Shown here: positions 60,828 to 64,000 of the stretch, piece by piece
Position numbering within the stretch: position 1 is the first letter of the stretch
How the letters are laid out: the number at the start of each line of letters is the position of its first letter
NCBI GenBank assembly: GCA_030390025.1
Contig: CM059432.1
Coordinates: 142,602,001 to 142,666,000, forward strand
Source of the DNA: Squalus acanthias
Taxonomy: Eukaryota
DNA: 64,000 bases
Direction: 5' to 3'
Program-made: the position numbers and the translations under genes
Notes under the pieces: model-generated
Database searches by the model: none
What the model was told of the DNA's origin: nothing
Seen by the model: only the letters and a program-made list of their open reading frames with translations

Positions 60828-61402
60828 CTGAAAAATCAAAAGAAAACTTTTGAGTAAGTAGCAAAGTAAGAAATTGGATTCATGCCGAAAAACTATTATA
60901 ACCAGGGTCTTCGGAGATTTGAAGATGTGTAATAAAATATGAGGATGACAATTTTCTCCACATTGTAGTTTCTCATCAAAAAAACTAATTAATACATCAT
61001 GCCCATCAATAAAAGGCATACGGAATATCAAATTACAAACTTGACTCAACTCCCTCTAGCAGATGATTCCTCTAGCATTTCGCAGGCTGAGACACTTCTG
61101 ATCCTTGTCTTGTGAACGGCAGTGGACATTTTGCATACTGAGGCAACGGGCATCACAGAAACACCAGTCACGACAGCAACGTGGTCAGGGACAATGCAAC
61201 AGAAATGGAGACTATGGGGGGACAGCACCGAAATATAGATCCTTAACCCTGCCACACCTCCTCCCACAGAAGTTCCCGATCTCAGCCACAGTGCTACAGG
61301 AGGATGCCCAATCAAAAGGAGAATGGTGATTCCTAGGTCACTGTTGCATTGCTATAATGGTTGACTGAAGAGCAACAATGGTACAGACGCAGGAGCACAT
61401 TT

Positions 61403-61805
61403 TTTATTCATTTTCGGGATATGATTGTCGCTGGCAAGTCCGGCATTTATTGCCCATCCCAGTTGCCCTTGAGAAGGTGATGATGGGCCACGTTCTTGAG
61501 CCACTGCAGTCCGTGTGTTAAAGGTACTCCCAACACTGTTAGGTAGGCAGTTCCAGGATTTTGACCCAGCGACGATGAAGGAACGGCGATATATTTCCAA
61601 GTCAGGATGGTGTGCGACTTGGAGGTGGTGGTGTTCCCATCCAACTGCAGCCCCTGTCCTTCTAGGTGGAAGAGGCCGCGGGTTTGGGAGGTGCTGTCGA
61701 AGAAGCCTTGGCGAGTTGCTGCAGTGCATCTTGTTGATGGTACAACACTGCAGACATGGTGCGCCGGTGGTGGAGGGAGTGAATGTTTAAGGTGGTGGAT
61801 GGGCT
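61403..61805 (-). mobile_element. LINE 3' end sharing its tail with the SlmI-like SINE
   Basis: Degenerate ORF end (RRSFIVAGSKSWNCLPNS) followed by CACCTTCTCAAGGGCAACTGGGATGGGCAATAAATGC. Confidence 0.65.
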
Positions 61806-61889
61806 GCTGATCATTCAACCCTTTCAGCTGTAGAGGCCCAGTAGGTGAGATGATAACACATTTCATACTAAAACTAAATAAACTTTAGG

Positions 61890-62324
61890 TGTCAGCTGTG
61901 GCTCAGTGGTAGCACTCTTGTCTCTGAGGCAGAAGGTTTTGGGTTGAAGTCCCCACTGCAGAAACTTGATCACATAATAGAGACTGACTCTTCGGTGCAG
62001 TACTGAGGGAGTGCTGCACTGTCGGAGTTCCAGATGACACATTAAACCGAGGTTCAGTCTGCCCTCTCAGGTGGACGTTGAACATCCCACGGCAATATTT
62101 CGAAGAGCAGGGAAGTTCTTCCCGGTGTCCTGGCCAATATTTATCCCACAAACATCACTAAATCAGAATATCTGGTCATTTACCTCATTGCTGTTTGTGG
62201 GAGCTTGCTGTGAGCAATTGGCTGCCACATTTCCTACATTACAACAGTGACTACACTTCAAAAGTACTTAATTGACTGTAAAGTGCTTTGAAGTTGTGAA
62301 AAGAGCTGTATAAATGCAAGTCTT
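61890..62324 (+). mobile_element. SacSINE1-like SINE, near full length
   Basis: tRNA head, Deu domain and tail. Confidence 0.78.
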
Positions 62325-63021
62325 TCTTTTAATGTGCTTCTTCTTACGCAAAGGTATGAGATTAATAGCGCCATTTGGGCCAGGACTATAACAAACCATA
62401 TGTCTGGCATCTAGTGCCTAAACTTCAATCCAACAGGTGCTTGGCTTACTGCAATTAGATACAACATTCCATAGGTCATATTCTAGTCGAATCCATCGTC
62501 ATCCTAATAAATCTACCAGTTTTTACAGAATGTTCAAACTCACAAATAAAAGAATGGCTTGTGATGACAATGTGCTTTGCAATAATATAAAAGCTATGAG
62601 TAATGGAATTACGGTAGGAGATCTTCAAACAGAAATTGTTGGGAGTGAGCACTGAACTATAATTCAGGCCACTGACAAGAGTGGTGCAGAAACCTTTACA
62701 GCTTCTAGCACAAGGAATGCGGGAACGGAGCTGGACACTGCCAGGCTCGAGACTGCCAACGAGTAGACTTCACCTTGCTGACATGAAAATGCGCAAGACT
62801 GACCTAGTCTTATCCGTGATCAATCTTTGCATTCTGAGCTTTCAAAATCTGGCCTGCGGGACTCGTTTCAGCCAGTCAAAATCCAGTTTTGCCCCCATCT
62901 CCAAAATGGATGGCAGCACCAATGGAAAGGGGAAAGAAAACAGGTGATAGGTTTTAAAGTTAGTTTTCAGGGAAATACAGCACAGAAGGGAGAGATAAGC
63001 GACAAATCAACTTCAGTTTAA

Positions 63022-63365
63022 CAAAATTCGCATCCTTGTTTCAAATCCCTCCATGGCCTCACCCCTCATTATCTCTGTAATCTCCTCCAGCCCTAGAACC
63101 CTCCGAGATATCTGCGCTCCTCCAACTCTGGCCTCTTGAGCATCCCAGATTTTAATCGCGCGGCCTATGCCTTCAGCTGCCAAGGCCCTAAGCTATGGAA
63201 TTCCCTCCATAAACCTCTCTTTCCTCCTTTAAGATGCTCCTTAAAACCTACACCTATCCTAATATCTCCTTATATGGCTCGGTGTCAAATGTTGTTTGAT
63301 AATGTTCCTGTGAAGCGCCTTGGGATGTTTTGCGTCAAAGGCGCTATATAAAGACAAGTTGTTGT
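63022..63365 (+). mobile_element. L2-like LINE 3' end
   Basis: Same family as 40270-40833. Confidence 0.75.
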
Positions 63366-63797
63366 GTTTCTTTTCTACTTCTCTAACTCTTTCTCTCCCT
63401 GTCCTTTTCTGCTTATTTTGAGTTCTGCTGGGAGGTGGTAGGTGGCATGGTGTGACCAAGAGAGGAGCCACCAGTTGTCGCAAGCTGTGGAGTGGAGTGG
63501 AGTTGCGGGAATAATGTGGCTCTCACCGACTTCCTTAACATCCCTTCCACCCACTCACTCCCATCACATCCCTTATCCTCGCAACTTTCAAACACCCCTT
63601 CCTACCACCCTCATTCCCCTTCAAACTACCTACTCGAATCCCCAAGCCTTCCCTCCACTTCACCCCAACCTTCCATCCATTTGCACCCACTCCCTCACCC
63701 AAGGGCGAATGGTGGAGGTCAGAGGCCCCGCACCCTTTTTCTCGTCCTCTCCGTGTTCCTCAGAAGATTTGTATGCCGGAAACGTTCAACCCGCTTG

Positions 63798-64000
63798 TGT
63801 TCACTGATGTCCTTTAGGGAAGGAAACCTGCCGTCCTTACCCAGTTTGAGCCTATATGTGACTCCAGTCCCACACCAACGTGGTTGATTCCTAACTGCCC
63901 TCTGAAGTGGCCTAGTGAGTCATTCAGTTGCATCAAACTGCTACCAGCAGGTCAAGAAGGCCTTCACCACCTTCTCAGGTCAACTAGGGATGGGCAATTA
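63798..64000 (+). mobile_element. SlmI-like SINE, central domain + tail, cut by the window end
   Basis: GTCCTTTAGGGAAGGAAA..GACTCCAG..CACCTTCTCA..GGGATGGGCAAT. Confidence 0.7.

Noticed and set aside
60667..60864. 65-aa ORF as a standalone gene
   Set aside because: It is EMC2 exon 2 plus read-through into flanking intron
60828..64000. EMC2 exon 1 or promoter
   Set aside because: No matching N-terminal coding sequence or CpG island seen; probably beyond the window

Overview
Vertebrate genomic DNA, most likely a shark or ray given its HE1-, SacSINE1- and HER1/CR1-like repeats; no prokaryotic features are present. The window lies inside EMC2 (TTC35, ER membrane complex subunit 2) on the minus strand. 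Six consecutive GT-AG coding exons (60714-60827, 28114-28178, 23831-23916, 23412-23469, 750-835, 544-603; 469 nt) splice in frame; exon 1 and the 3' exons fall outside the window. Two giant introns (28179-60713 and 836-23411) are filled with CR1, L2 and RTE LINE fragments, three SINE families, DNA-transposon MITEs, Penelope-like termini, a decayed DIRS element and several minisatellites. The most notable observations are: (1) two minimal hammerhead ribozymes with the same palindromic stem III, both on the EMC2 sense strand of one intron; (2) an orphan, splice-intact PDCD6IP/ALIX exon inside a 1.5-kb cassette bounded by duplicated SINE heads; (3) a Harbinger-like MITE family with covarying hairpins and promoter and splice-donor motifs; (4) a 53 x 32-bp array of Nrf2/AP-1 sites; (5) a tRNA-headed LINE together with its head+tail derivatives. 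Family names come from recognition by eye, not from database searches, and repeat boundaries are approximate unless a TSD is given.
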